The notes beneath the pieces were generated by a model that was not told the origin of the DNA, did no database searches, and saw only the letters and a list, made by a program, of their open reading frames with translations. Source: a virus. Taken from it: DNA of 64,000 nucleotides. Within the stretch, counting starts at the first letter, position 1; each line of letters starts with the position of its first letter. Location of the stretch: the IMG/VR virus record IMGVR_UViG_3300020463_000009, positions 1 to 64,000 of that record; one strand, given 5' to 3'. Below, one piece after another: positions 39,001 to 49,324 of this stretch. The translations under genes were made by a program, and so were the position numbers.

Positions 39001-39771
39001 GATATTGGTACAGGTGGTATATCAACTACAAATTATCCTGACTTAAATGGTTATACACAAGCGCCAGACCAATCAGACGAAGTTTACGATTTAGATAGAG
39101 GTAGAGTATTCTATACTTCAACCGACCAAGATGGTAACTTTAGAGTTGGTGAATTGTTTAGAGTAGAACAATCAACAGGTAAGGCAACATTGAACGCAGA
39201 AGCTTTTGACCTTTCTGGATTAAGACAATTATCTCTAGGTTCAGTTGCATTAGGAAATTTTGGTGCAACAATTTCAGAATTTAGTACAGATGGTACTTTA
39301 GGCGATAACTCTGATAACGCTCTCGTAACCGAGAAAGCAATTAGAACATTCGTTGAAAACCAATTAGGTGGTGGTCAAAACAACTTGACCGTTAACTCTG
39401 CTCAAATTGGTGATATAACAATTTCAGGAAGTAATATCTCTGCTTCAACTGGAAATACAACAACATTTACAACAATTCCACAAACAAGTGTCTCACCAAC
39501 TAGTGCAAATCACTTGACTAACAAAGCATACGTAGATGAAAATGTAACCCCTAATTTACAAACTCTATCTTTTGATAAAGACACAGGTCAATTGAATAGA
39601 CAAGTGGTAACAAATTTTAATACGGTAACTCAAAACGTAGATACTTTAATTAATTCAGCTGAAGAAAATTTAGGTTTCGAAGTTATAAATGGTTCAATGA
39701 GAATTGAGTTAGACAAAGGTGGTAATTTAGTTTATAGAACAATAGCTGATGAATCAAAAGCTGAGGCATAA
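36070..39771 (+). CDS. large tail fibre/spike protein with N-terminal W-x3-T-x-Y-x2-D-x-V repeats and a pectate-lyase-like beta-helix region
   Basis: About six CBM5/12-like repeats; YYVSTSGTD..G.SPELPWRTIKYA, SPFVQNC, ANDFTQV, ELVSVFTYYC. Confidence 0.75.
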   Translation: MADFVLGRLKFHFKGAWTTGTAYIKDDVLTYGGNAFVCKVNHTANADFYVDLNHGTPKWAKMAGGFEYKGNWAATTLYKIDDIVTYGGSTYRCLTGHTSQADLYDDTAKWQTFAAGLAWRGDWATSTGYRNDDIVKYGANTYLCTTQHTSSGTTLDESKFTLFVSGLEFENSWSSSTLYQLGDIVTYGGYNYVAERANNNVIPYNNASDWKLFTTGFTNTGTWSNSTAYKTGDTVNHGGHYYVAKIDGTNQEPTGTTNSYWDLVVEGLYWRNNWATATAYKIGDAVSYGASSYRAKTNHTSSASNRPDVSGQTDWDLLAEGDSNATLTTRGDILTRDATQRVRLPIGAAGTFLKSDGTDVVWALPNVANKVYYVSTSGTDNTDTGRGTSPELPWRTIKYACSQVASDTTNFKTIKVATGTYTEQLPITVARKTAIIGDNLRSVTVSPDTTTDNGAGAGISSDGSTPNNRQTMFRLNDSVTLSGMTFSGMTGQLAGSASADGLTRPTTATGATATGVVCALDPGSGPTDTSVHIVARSPFVQNCSSIGTRAVGIKIDGSLHNAGNKSILANDFTQVIDNGFGVWILNGAKSELVSVFTYYCYVGYLADSGGVMRSLNSNNSYGERGSVASGVDPNETPVTATVNNRDNEAIIGRALVSNAGVYRLEQEYAGETYTSASETITGSGANANFTADIVDGAVKHIDTTTNGAGHFTTIGVAQGGSTTTIRLAAADTQADDFYNGMRITVTTGTGSGQTAYIGDYATATKTATVFKEDGSAGFDVFGPTSVAVAPDATTNYEIEPRVTITGGGSPTRNALARVIIENQIIKKFLIIDGGAGYSTAPSISVTDPNATTVGTGTATIGDGVISRWTYVAAGSGYKQENTAGTVSGDGYAEILPVGATVKTSGLASQPKAGSSIVFSNASSVSYIIVSVLAHANGGITSMEVSPNISKTNAPTQGVTATVRQNYSNIRLTGHDFLDIGTGGISTTNYPDLNGYTQAPDQSDEVYDLDRGRVFYTSTDQDGNFRVGELFRVEQSTGKATLNAEAFDLSGLRQLSLGSVALGNFGATISEFSTDGTLGDNSDNALVTEKAIRTFVENQLGGGQNNLTVNSAQIGDITISGSNISASTGNTTTFTTIPQTSVSPTSANHLTNKAYVDENVTPNLQTLSFDKDTGQLNRQVVTNFNTVTQNVDTLINSAEENLGFEVINGSMRIELDKGGNLVYRTIADESKAEA

Positions 39772-39774
39772 GAG

Positions 39775-39782
39775 TATAAATA
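39775..39782 (+). promoter_or_regulatory. late promoter TATAAATA
   Basis: Exact consensus in intergenic gap. Confidence 0.8.
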
Positions 39783-39791
39783 GGATAGAAA

Positions 39792-42700
39792 ATGGCAATT
39801 ACTAAAACAAATATTGGAAACTTGTGGTTTAATTATCGTGGTGATTACGATAATACTGCTAGTTATAACAAAGATGATGTTGTAATCTGGAACAATACAG
39901 ATTATTTGAATGTCAGAGAATCAGCAACAACAGGAAAAAGACCTGAACAAAATACTCAATATTATTACAATGTTGAAGTTGCAAACGACCCATTAGACTC
40001 AACAAACAAATTTAAAGTTGACGCAGACGTAACCTCTACAATAGAATATGCGCCTACTCTTTATGTAAGAAAAGGTGATAAGATTGTTTTTTATCAAAAC
40101 AATAATAATAATGACGATAATCCTCTTGCAATGTCAACTTCAGCTACGTCTCAATCTTCAAACTATTTAACTGAAGGTGTTTCGTTTTATCATAATGAAG
40201 AGCCAGTTTCAAGAACAGATTATATTAATACTTCAAAATTTAATACAAAGACAGCTAGAAAAGTAGTTGTAGAATTTACAAAAGATACACCAAGTGAAGT
40301 TTATTATTTCTCAACAGGTAACGCAAGTTATGGTGCTAAAATAGTTGTTGCAGAATGGGACACTTGGAGACCTTTAAGAAACTCATTTAAATGGAGAGGT
40401 TTACACGTAAACACTTCAGGACAAATTTATTACGAAAATGATGTTGTACAAATTAGAGTTGGTATTAACAATGACAGAGGTACAGATTATGAGCCTTATC
40501 AAGTTAAAGAAACATTAACAACTTACATATGTTTAAGACAACATACAACAGATGGAACAGACAGATTTTTACCTTATAACAGAAATGTAGATACTAATGC
40601 TAATATGTATTGGTTGAAAATGGGTACAGAATATGAAGCAGACGACCAACAATGGGAAGACAATGGTGTTATTTCAAGTGTAAATAATATTTCAGCTGCT
40701 GACGCAAACAGATTACACGGTACTTATAGATTTGTAAGTGCTAAATCATCTTCAAGAAGTGGTGCATATCCAGGTATGTTCAAAATTGAAATGCAAGGTA
40801 ATGGAAATATTCTTGCAGTTGATAACTTTGCGGCTGCAAATTCTTCAAGAACAGCAGGAACATATACAAATTTATCTCAAAGTGCAACAACAGGTGTTGG
40901 TACAGGTGCAACTTTTAATATTACAATTGATAGTACAGGTGCAGCTTCAAAAGTAGAAATTATAAAACAAAGAAATAAAACATCTACTCCAACGGGTGGT
41001 TCAGGTTATGTTAATGACGAAACGGTAACAATTGCTGATGGTTCATTAGGTGGCGGTGGTGCTCCCGACTTTACGGTTCAAGTAAATGGTGTTGGTGTTG
41101 CAGGTGCGGCTACGGTAACCGTAGAAGATACAAGATACGATTCAAGAAGAGAGAGAAGATATTTTAACGACACAGGTCAATTAGCAGGTGGTGAAGATAA
41201 CCAAGTTGGTGATACAATTACAATTGATGGTGATGTATTCATTAAATCTGGTGGCACAGCTGCTACTGATTTAACTTTCCAAGTTGCTACCGTTGAAAAA
41301 CAATTAAGAGGTAGTTCAGATTTATTTACAGGTAACCCACACGAATGTATATCATTAGCAAACAGAGGTCCTGTATTTACAGATAATAGATATGAAAGAT
41401 TAGGACCTGAAAGAACATTTAGAAATTCATATAATAATCCAGGATTTATTGGTGGTACAGGTAACGTTTGGATATGGGGTACTACTTCAAATGGTAGTAA
41501 TGCATTTAACCACGACTTAATGACAGGAAGACAAATAACTTTCCACCACTATGATTGGTGGAGAAGTACAGACAATGGCGGAACAGGTGTTCACACAACT
41601 CCTGACGGAGAAATTCCTAAAATAATTCAATTAGAAATGGGTTTTGAGTGTGGTATGGCACTTATGAATTCTGGTGAATTATATCATTGGGGTTATGGTG
41701 GTCACGGTCAAAATGGTGACGCCTCAACTTCTAACAGAGACCACCCGGTAAGAGTTGGTGGTTCTAACCAAAACGTTTACTTAGCAGCTAATAGTTCAAC
41801 GCACATATTTAAAGATGTAAGAATTAAAAGATGTTGGATTTCAAACGTTATGGACGGACAAAATACAAATACACACTCTTGTTATGCTTTAGATGAAAAC
41901 GGAAATTTATATTCTTGGGGTTATAACGGATATGGTCAATTAGGTACTAACAATACAACTAACTATAACACACCTCAATTAATTCCAAAAGCAACTTACT
42001 TTAACGGTAATGAAATTGAGCATATGTGGTGTTCAGGTGGTAACTATGTATTTGTTCACGCAGTTGACACAGCAGGAAATTTATATGCTTGGGGTAGAAA
42101 CAATGATGGTCAATTAGGTGTAGGTAATACATCCGACCAAAATACACCTCAACAAATTTCTTCACCGGCATTTACAGACGCAGGTGTTGGTAGAATTAAA
42201 AGATTACTACAAGATACAGATTCAGACGACCAAAGAGCTGCAATCTTGACAGAAAGAGGAAATATTTACTTTACAGGTTACAATGGTCACGGTGGTTTTG
42301 GTAATGGTAATACTACTTCTTTAAACACATTTACAATTGCTTCTAATGGTTGTGGTAATGCAGCTAATTCAGACGCACACAATATGTGGTTTACAGGTAG
42401 TTCTAACTATGATATGACTTGGATAGAAGATAGTATGGGTAATATTCAATGTGCTGGTTACAATAACTACTATCAATTAGGTATTGGTAATAACTCAACT
42501 CAAAATAGTTGGCAAACACCAAAAGTACAAGTTGGTTCTAACACACAAAAAGATATTCACAACGTAAAACAAATTTCAAGTTATTCACATTATAACGATA
42601 CCTCTGTAAGAATATTAACTTGGGACGGAATAATGTATTCAGCAGGTAGAAATACTTATGGTATGGCTGCTGTAGGTTTTAGTACAGGTAATTGTAATAC

Positions 42701-42959
42701 AGATAGAGACGCAGAGAATGGTAAAGACCACTTTAATGATGGTTACTTTATACAAAATAAATTACCACCATCTATGATTGGAAACGTTGAAGATGTAAAC
42801 GGTTGTGGTTATGGTGATAACTCTGACTCAAACTATGGTTTCTTTGAATATAAAACATTTGATAACAGATATTACTTAAACGGATACGGTGGCGGTTATA
42901 TGCAAGGACAATGGGACGGACAATATAATTGTATTCCTCATCCACCTATTTTAGGATAA
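39792..42959 (+). CDS. RCC1/BLIP-II repeat beta-propeller fibre protein
   Basis: GELYHWGYGGHGQNG, GNLYSWGYNGYGQLG, GNLYAWGRNNDGQLG and further blades; N-terminal anchor repeat. Confidence 0.85.
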   Translation: MAITKTNIGNLWFNYRGDYDNTASYNKDDVVIWNNTDYLNVRESATTGKRPEQNTQYYYNVEVANDPLDSTNKFKVDADVTSTIEYAPTLYVRKGDKIVFYQNNNNNDDNPLAMSTSATSQSSNYLTEGVSFYHNEEPVSRTDYINTSKFNTKTARKVVVEFTKDTPSEVYYFSTGNASYGAKIVVAEWDTWRPLRNSFKWRGLHVNTSGQIYYENDVVQIRVGINNDRGTDYEPYQVKETLTTYICLRQHTTDGTDRFLPYNRNVDTNANMYWLKMGTEYEADDQQWEDNGVISSVNNISAADANRLHGTYRFVSAKSSSRSGAYPGMFKIEMQGNGNILAVDNFAAANSSRTAGTYTNLSQSATTGVGTGATFNITIDSTGAASKVEIIKQRNKTSTPTGGSGYVNDETVTIADGSLGGGGAPDFTVQVNGVGVAGAATVTVEDTRYDSRRERRYFNDTGQLAGGEDNQVGDTITIDGDVFIKSGGTAATDLTFQVATVEKQLRGSSDLFTGNPHECISLANRGPVFTDNRYERLGPERTFRNSYNNPGFIGGTGNVWIWGTTSNGSNAFNHDLMTGRQITFHHYDWWRSTDNGGTGVHTTPDGEIPKIIQLEMGFECGMALMNSGELYHWGYGGHGQNGDASTSNRDHPVRVGGSNQNVYLAANSSTHIFKDVRIKRCWISNVMDGQNTNTHSCYALDENGNLYSWGYNGYGQLGTNNTTNYNTPQLIPKATYFNGNEIEHMWCSGGNYVFVHAVDTAGNLYAWGRNNDGQLGVGNTSDQNTPQQISSPAFTDAGVGRIKRLLQDTDSDDQRAAILTERGNIYFTGYNGHGGFGNGNTTSLNTFTIASNGCGNAANSDAHNMWFTGSSNYDMTWIEDSMGNIQCAGYNNYYQLGIGNNSTQNSWQTPKVQVGSNTQKDIHNVKQISSYSHYNDTSVRILTWDGIMYSAGRNTYGMAAVGFSTGNCNTDRDAENGKDHFNDGYFIQNKLPPSMIGNVEDVNGCGYGDNSDSNYGFFEYKTFDNRYYLNGYGGGYMQGQWDGQYNCIPHPPILG

Positions 42960-42977
42960 ATATAAAGAGAGATAAAA

Positions 42978-45900
42978 ATGGCAAAAGTAAATTTAGGACG
43001 TATAAAATTCAGTTTCCAAGGCGATTGGAATAAAAATACAAACTACTCTAAAGATGATGTAGTTTGGTTTGCAAACTCATTGTGGATTTGTAAAAATCCT
43101 TATCTCTCAACTGGTTATGAAGAGTGTGCTCCTGGTGATAAACAATCAGGTTATAAATGGACTAGAACATTATCTAATGACCCCGATTTTAGAAGTGGTT
43201 ATCATACCGTTAGAGATTACGACCAAAGAAATGACGCTACAGGTAGAAGAATTGTAAACACATCAAGATATGGTAATGATGAAAATACACAAAACTCTAC
43301 AAGAACGCCTTTCGAACAATCTAATTATAGTAATGTTTCAAATGGTATGTTCTTGGATTATCAATATCATTTACTACACGAAAAAGAAGATTACGCTCAA
43401 GGTGATAGAAGTAATTTCTATGGCTATGGCGAATTAAATACAGAAAAAAATGCTTTCTATCAATCTTACACACCAGTTCATAATAACTTTTATGTAGAAG
43501 CGGTAACTTCTCCTTCAAATCAATTTAAATTTGATAATAGATTACCAAGTGTAGATTTAGGCCAAGAACAAGATGGCGACAGAAACTTTACTCACTTTAG
43601 AGAAGGTGAAAAATATAGATTTCATCAAAGAGACGAATCAAATAAAACTTTTCCATTAGCGTTTTCAACAACCGTTGATGGTACTCACGGTTCAGGTACT
43701 TCACTTTCAGCTGACAATGATGGTCCTTACTATGTTGTAGGTACTAATTCAAATGGTCAATCAGGTGTATTCTATCCATTGTATCTATCAAGTACAGGTG
43801 CAAATGCTGAAGACACTAGAATGGGTGGAGCAGGTGCTTCAACTAGTTTTACATTTTCAGAAATAATAAGAGGTCCAAATAACGAAACGGTATCTAACGA
43901 TAGTACAACTTTCCATTTACCAAATATGATAGATGGTACTGCTGTTGACGAAAGAATTTTTGAAGTTGCAGTAGTTTCAGGTAACCCTAGTGACCACCCT
44001 TATTACAATACAGGTTCTACAAACAAATATTCAATAGACGGTGTAACCGCTACGGCTAATGTTGCATTAAATTTAACAGAGGGTAAAACTTATAGATTCG
44101 ACCAATCAGATAGTTCAAATGCAAATCACCCTTTAAAATTATCAACAACTGCTAATGGTTCACACGCTTCAGGTTCAGCATACACAACTGGCGTAACCGT
44201 TGTTGGTACACCAGGTAAAAAAGGTGCATATACAGAAATTAAAGTAAGAGCAAGTACACCAAAACTTTATTACTATTGTACATCACATTCAGGTATGGGT
44301 TGGTCAGCAGAGACAAATGCTCCACAAACAAGAGCAAGGTCTTATGTTCCAACAAACATTCCAATGTGGAGAGGTGCAGGTAAAAATGGTTACGTAAGAT
44401 ACTTCTTAAATAACAGACAGGTTACAGAAGCACAATACATCAATTCATTAAATGATACTTTTGCAAATAGTGGTGGTAATTATACTGGTGATATGCCGTC
44501 ATACACTACTGAAGATGGTTCTACAAGAGGTGGTAGTGAATTTTCTTTTGAAAAAAACCAAGATAGAGTTGTAGAAATTTATATACCTATCGGTTACAGA
44601 AATTCATATACAAAAATTTATCCTTATTGTTCAGCAACAGGTAAAACTGCTATGTATGGTAATAACGCAAGCATAGGTTTTGATATAGAACAATCTTGGA
44701 GAGGACATAAACATTGGGACAGACTACAAACAGGTATTAAATTTAGAGGTGAATATAATCCTTATACTCATTATTCTTATAATGATGTTGTAATTTATAG
44801 ACCACAAAAAAGAAGAAGTGATGGTGAAATAATTTACAAAGGTCCTACAGGTATGTACAGAGCTTTAAGAGATACGCAAGGTAGATATCCTCATTTTGGT
44901 CCTCAAGAAAGAACAAGGTCTCCTTTGATGGCAAAATCTACAACAACAAGTGGTAGATTAATTAAAGAAGATTACGAAGATTATCCAGCACATATTCAAT
45001 CATACTTTAATGATTGGCAATCTTTTGGTAGAATGGTTAACCAAGAAGAAAATGCTGCCGCTTTCTTTGGTCCAGAACCAATGCATTGGCCATACAAATA
45101 TCACAATAACGTTTCTATAAGTGTTGATAATGCTAATAGATACATTGATAAAAACGGTGTTCTATGGGGTATGGGATATCCTAGAACAGGATTCCAAGAT
45201 TCACAATCTCATTACTCATCATACTTTGGTGAAATGAATATGAGATTTTGGGAATACAGACGTTCAGAGGATATGAACGCAGGTGGTTACCAAGAAATGA
45301 GAGGTCATCACACAAATCCTAGAAGACAAGAATTTACAACACCAAGAGTTATACAATTACACGAAGAAAGAGATAGTTGTATGCTTCTTATGGAAAATGG
45401 AGAATTATACAGAAACGGTGAACAATCAAATGGTGAAATGGGACACGGTAATACTCAATCAGACAGAAATGGTTTTTACAGAGTTCACGGTTTAGAAGAT
45501 ACAAGAGTTATTAAATCTTGTTGTTATCCTTGGAACAACACTAAACAAGTTATGTGTTTAGATGAATTAGGTCACGTTTGGGTTTGGGGTTATAATGACC
45601 AAGGTCAAGTAGGTGATGGTAGAACACAAAACAAAACAGCACCTTACAGAATACCAGCAAAATATTTTGATAACGAAAAAATTATTGATATCGGTTCAAC
45701 AGGTAATAGTTCGTATGCTAGAACAGCAAGCGACCAAATATATGCTTGGGGTAATAACGGTATCGGACAATTAGGTGATGGTACTACAACTGACAAATAC
45801 AGACCTGTAAAAATGACAGGTTGGGATCCAGTTGCTAACAATGGTATCGCTGTGTTTATGTGTGAAGGACAAGGTGATGATACTTGGGTTGTTATATTAG

Positions 45901-46559
45901 ATGGTAATGGTTACACACACTGGTGTGGTGAAAACAACTACGGTAACTTTGGTAATGGTACTACAACAAACACAACTACTTTTACTAAAAACGAAACAAC
46001 ACCTAACGGAGATATTGTTGACATTTGGATTCATTATTACAATGGTTACAAATCAGGTTACTTTAGAACAAAAGATGGTACAACTTACGGATATGGCCAC
46101 GCAGGTACATATTACGCATTAGGAACAGGTAATACAGGTAACGTTACCACTCCAGCAGTTGTACAAAAGGTTACAAATTTAAAAGAAGTTAAAACTTCTT
46201 GCAACTATTCAGACCAAGCTAGAACATTCTGGATAACAGATAGTGGTGAATCATTCTGTTATGGTTATGACTCAAGAAATTCTATGTTGCACCCACAGGC
46301 AGGTACAAACTGGACTGGTGAAGATGGTAACTATCATCCTTTCCACTGGTATATGCCTAACTCAAAACCGGTTACAATGAGAATTACAACAGATGACCAA
46401 GGCTCTGCTGAATATGCAGGTACTTATCACTTTATTGATGAGTTCGGAAAAGTATATTATTGGGGTCGTTCAAACTGGTTGTCTTCAACACATAACTGGT
46501 GGGGACATAGTTGGACATCACCTAATGGCCAACCAACATCAACAGGTCAAGGAAGATAA
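42978..46559 (+). CDS. RCC1 repeat fibre protein with cupredoxin-like domains
   Basis: GHVWVWGYNDQGQVG, QIYAWGNNGIGQLG; NHPL...LYYYCTSHSGMG; GATAAATA promoter variant at 42955-42962. Confidence 0.85.
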   Translation: MAKVNLGRIKFSFQGDWNKNTNYSKDDVVWFANSLWICKNPYLSTGYEECAPGDKQSGYKWTRTLSNDPDFRSGYHTVRDYDQRNDATGRRIVNTSRYGNDENTQNSTRTPFEQSNYSNVSNGMFLDYQYHLLHEKEDYAQGDRSNFYGYGELNTEKNAFYQSYTPVHNNFYVEAVTSPSNQFKFDNRLPSVDLGQEQDGDRNFTHFREGEKYRFHQRDESNKTFPLAFSTTVDGTHGSGTSLSADNDGPYYVVGTNSNGQSGVFYPLYLSSTGANAEDTRMGGAGASTSFTFSEIIRGPNNETVSNDSTTFHLPNMIDGTAVDERIFEVAVVSGNPSDHPYYNTGSTNKYSIDGVTATANVALNLTEGKTYRFDQSDSSNANHPLKLSTTANGSHASGSAYTTGVTVVGTPGKKGAYTEIKVRASTPKLYYYCTSHSGMGWSAETNAPQTRARSYVPTNIPMWRGAGKNGYVRYFLNNRQVTEAQYINSLNDTFANSGGNYTGDMPSYTTEDGSTRGGSEFSFEKNQDRVVEIYIPIGYRNSYTKIYPYCSATGKTAMYGNNASIGFDIEQSWRGHKHWDRLQTGIKFRGEYNPYTHYSYNDVVIYRPQKRRSDGEIIYKGPTGMYRALRDTQGRYPHFGPQERTRSPLMAKSTTTSGRLIKEDYEDYPAHIQSYFNDWQSFGRMVNQEENAAAFFGPEPMHWPYKYHNNVSISVDNANRYIDKNGVLWGMGYPRTGFQDSQSHYSSYFGEMNMRFWEYRRSEDMNAGGYQEMRGHHTNPRRQEFTTPRVIQLHEERDSCMLLMENGELYRNGEQSNGEMGHGNTQSDRNGFYRVHGLEDTRVIKSCCYPWNNTKQVMCLDELGHVWVWGYNDQGQVGDGRTQNKTAPYRIPAKYFDNEKIIDIGSTGNSSYARTASDQIYAWGNNGIGQLGDGTTTDKYRPVKMTGWDPVANNGIAVFMCEGQGDDTWVVILDGNGYTHWCGENNYGNFGNGTTTNTTTFTKNETTPNGDIVDIWIHYYNGYKSGYFRTKDGTTYGYGHAGTYYALGTGNTGNVTTPAVVQKVTNLKEVKTSCNYSDQARTFWITDSGESFCYGYDSRNSMLHPQAGTNWTGEDGNYHPFHWYMPNSKPVTMRITTDDQGSAEYAGTYHFIDEFGKVYYWGRSNWLSSTHNWWGHSWTSPNGQPTSTGQGR

Positions 46560-46568
46560 AAAAATTAT

Positions 46569-46576
46569 TATAAATA
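46569..46576 (+). promoter_or_regulatory. late promoter TATAAATA
   Basis: Exact consensus in intergenic gap. Confidence 0.8.
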
Positions 46577-46603
46577 GTAATAATACTAAAGGAGAAAACT
46601 AAA

Positions 46604-47020
46604 ATGGCACAGAAAATTTATGGTGTAAATGATATTGCTCAAGAAGACGATTTTGTCGCTCCTGTGGTAACTGAAGATAAGACGCCAGATTACATTGATA
46701 ACATTGACGGAAAAGCTTACTTTTCTTATGATGACTCAAAGGTAACGGTTGACGCTTCAGGTACAAATGCTTCAAAATACGGTGTTGCTGTATTAGACGC
46801 TTCAGACGCAGACGACTTGGTAATATTAAATAAACTTAAAACTACAAACAAAATACAGGTTGCAGTTGCAGAAATTCAATCTACTTTTGATGTAGCAAAT
46901 CCTAGGCATTTACAACTTGAAGGTCTTGTAGCTAATGAATCAGGTTTAGCAACTAAAATTGCAACTTTAAAATCTGACATTAACGCAATATATTCAGGTT
47001 ACGGTCTGCCAACAGATTAA
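46604..47020 (+). CDS. hypothetical protein (possible fibre assembly factor)
   Basis: AAGGAG SD; acidic; lies between two RCC1 genes. Confidence 0.65.
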   Translation: MAQKIYGVNDIAQEDDFVAPVVTEDKTPDYIDNIDGKAYFSYDDSKVTVDASGTNASKYGVAVLDASDADDLVILNKLKTTNKIQVAVAEIQSTFDVANPRHLQLEGLVANESGLATKIATLKSDINAIYSGYGLPTD

Positions 47021-47044
47021 TAGGAATTAATAAGGAAAAATAAT

Positions 47045-49282
47045 ATGTCTTTTGATTTAAAAGATTTTAAACTAAAGTGGCAAGGACCTTGGAAAGATAG
47101 GACTGCTTATTCTAAAAACGATATCGTTTCTTGGAAAGGTAAGTCTTATAGATGTATTCAAGATTGTCCTATTGCATATTCAATATCAATAGATGGTTTA
47201 GTTAACACTAACAACTATTCTTTTGACCCACCAAGGTTGGTTCAAAAATCTTTTAGACCAGACAATGCAAAATATTGGCAACTATTTTTACGTTCAACAG
47301 ATGATATTGGCGAATGGGAAATGTGGAGACAATACGAGCCAGGTGAAATGACTACGGTTGGTAGAAGAATTTACCAATGTATAAAAAGAACAAGAAAATA
47401 TAATACTTGGGTTGTAGAACACGACGGAAGAGATTCAGAATATTGGGTGATGATTTATGAATCACCTTTTGCATATCCAGATAGAAACAAAGTTGTATCA
47501 TACACTAACAGAGCTCCTTTAGGGTGGAAATACAATATGGGTAGAAACTCATACGAGAGACAAGCCAACTATACAATGGGTGTAATTGAAGCAAATGGTG
47601 ATTTCGTAGGTCACGGTGGTAATAACACAACTGGTCAAATGGGATTTGGTGATGGTCAAGACGGAAATTCAAGAATGGGTAGAAGTCGTTATACTGGATT
47701 TACTATGGTTGACTGGATGACTTCTACTGACAATAAAAATTTAACACAAACTGAACATACAGGTAGAATGGTAACACCTGATGGTAAGGCACCAAAAGTA
47801 ATTCAACACGTATCAAGCACAAACTCTAGTTTCTGGTTAATGAATAACGGAGAAGTTTATTCTGCTGGTGATAACTCAACATACGATTTAGGTCATCACA
47901 TAGCGGTAACAAATACTTCAGATAGACCTTATGCAAATAGAGTATCAGCAGATGATACGGTAGATTGGTTAGGTGAAACTATACGTTCATTTAACAATAC
48001 AAAAATTGTAAAAATAGGTTCTTCAGGTCAAGGTCAAAACTCTGAAGGTAATCAACAATTTGCATTAGGCGAAGACGGTTCAGTATGGACTTGGGGTAGA
48101 AACAACCAAGCACAATTTGGTGGTGGTAACCCAGGAATAAACAACTCAACTGACTTTAATGGTGGTTCGCCTTACTCATTTTCATTTTACTCAACAAACG
48201 TAAAAAGACCAATTAAAATTCCTCAAGAATTTTTTAACAACAAAAGAATCGTTGATATGTGGGCAGAGGGCTGTACTGAGCCATCATTTCACGCATTAGA
48301 CGAAGATGGTTGGTTATGGTTCTGGGGTCAATCAGTTCACGGTGGTGCTGGTGTAGGTTCTAACTCACACACTTCCGAAGGAACATATTACTATTATATT
48401 CCTAGAAGAGTTGAAGTAGATTGGAACAAATACGGTGGTATGAAAATGCTACAACATTGGGGATATTCAACTCAATCACACGTAGGTACTTGGGTACTTG
48501 ATGGCGAAGGCTACTTATGGTACACAGGTTACTATACAAGTGGACAGGCACCAGGTTTCTATGGTATAGGTGATAACTCAACTAGATATCAGTCTATGTT
48601 TAAAAGAGGAGACTTTCATTTAAACGGAGATATTGATGAATTCTGGTTAGGTGGTGATGAACATAAATGGATGTACATAAGACAAAAATCAACAGGTATG
48701 TTATGGATTTCTGATGGTAACTATGGTACTTATGGTACAAGAGGTTCACGTTCACAAAACGGATATTGGTATAATTCAGGTGGTATTCACGGAATGTTCT
48801 CACACGTAAGAGGACCAGCATATACTAAATGGGTTACAGGTCAAAACGAAGGAAGAGGTGATGGTTCATACATTTATGACTCACCAATTATATTAGATGA
48901 AGACGGTAGTTTCTGGTACGGTAATTCTTATAACTATTCATTTACGGCTTCAGGTTATAATGATTCACCTAGTGATGGCTCTGATGGATATTGGCATATG
49001 CCTTCTCAAGGTTTTGAAGATAACTCTACAAACAGACATAGAAAAAGAAGAGGTGTACAACCAATGAATAGTAGATTAACAGATTTACACTGCTATGGTT
49101 ACCCTACAGCTCAAAACTATGCATACAGAAATTGGGACGGTAAAATATTCCTATCAGGTTATTCACCAAATAACCAAACTTACCTATATGACGGTATGCC
49201 TTATAGATATCAGTCAGCAACTGGTTCATCTTGGGGTAGTAATAACTATCGTTCTCATATGAAATCTCCTCCAGGAGATTAA
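47045..49282 (+). CDS. RCC1 repeat fibre protein
   Basis: GEVYSAGDNSTYDLG, GSVWTWGRNNQAQFG, GWLWFWG; N-terminal anchor repeat. Confidence 0.82.
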   Translation: MSFDLKDFKLKWQGPWKDRTAYSKNDIVSWKGKSYRCIQDCPIAYSISIDGLVNTNNYSFDPPRLVQKSFRPDNAKYWQLFLRSTDDIGEWEMWRQYEPGEMTTVGRRIYQCIKRTRKYNTWVVEHDGRDSEYWVMIYESPFAYPDRNKVVSYTNRAPLGWKYNMGRNSYERQANYTMGVIEANGDFVGHGGNNTTGQMGFGDGQDGNSRMGRSRYTGFTMVDWMTSTDNKNLTQTEHTGRMVTPDGKAPKVIQHVSSTNSSFWLMNNGEVYSAGDNSTYDLGHHIAVTNTSDRPYANRVSADDTVDWLGETIRSFNNTKIVKIGSSGQGQNSEGNQQFALGEDGSVWTWGRNNQAQFGGGNPGINNSTDFNGGSPYSFSFYSTNVKRPIKIPQEFFNNKRIVDMWAEGCTEPSFHALDEDGWLWFWGQSVHGGAGVGSNSHTSEGTYYYYIPRRVEVDWNKYGGMKMLQHWGYSTQSHVGTWVLDGEGYLWYTGYYTSGQAPGFYGIGDNSTRYQSMFKRGDFHLNGDIDEFWLGGDEHKWMYIRQKSTGMLWISDGNYGTYGTRGSRSQNGYWYNSGGIHGMFSHVRGPAYTKWVTGQNEGRGDGSYIYDSPIILDEDGSFWYGNSYNYSFTASGYNDSPSDGSDGYWHMPSQGFEDNSTNRHRKRRGVQPMNSRLTDLHCYGYPTAQNYAYRNWDGKIFLSGYSPNNQTYLYDGMPYRYQSATGSSWGSNNYRSHMKSPPGD

Positions 49283-49324
49283 TAAATACTTTATAGTATA
49301 TTATTATTAACAAAGTGAGTTGAA

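Noticed and set aside
36070-49282. Diversity-generating retroelement or invertible cassette acting on fibre genes
   Set aside because: No reverse transcriptase, recombinase or near-identical template/variable repeat seen; repeats are diverged at the protein level
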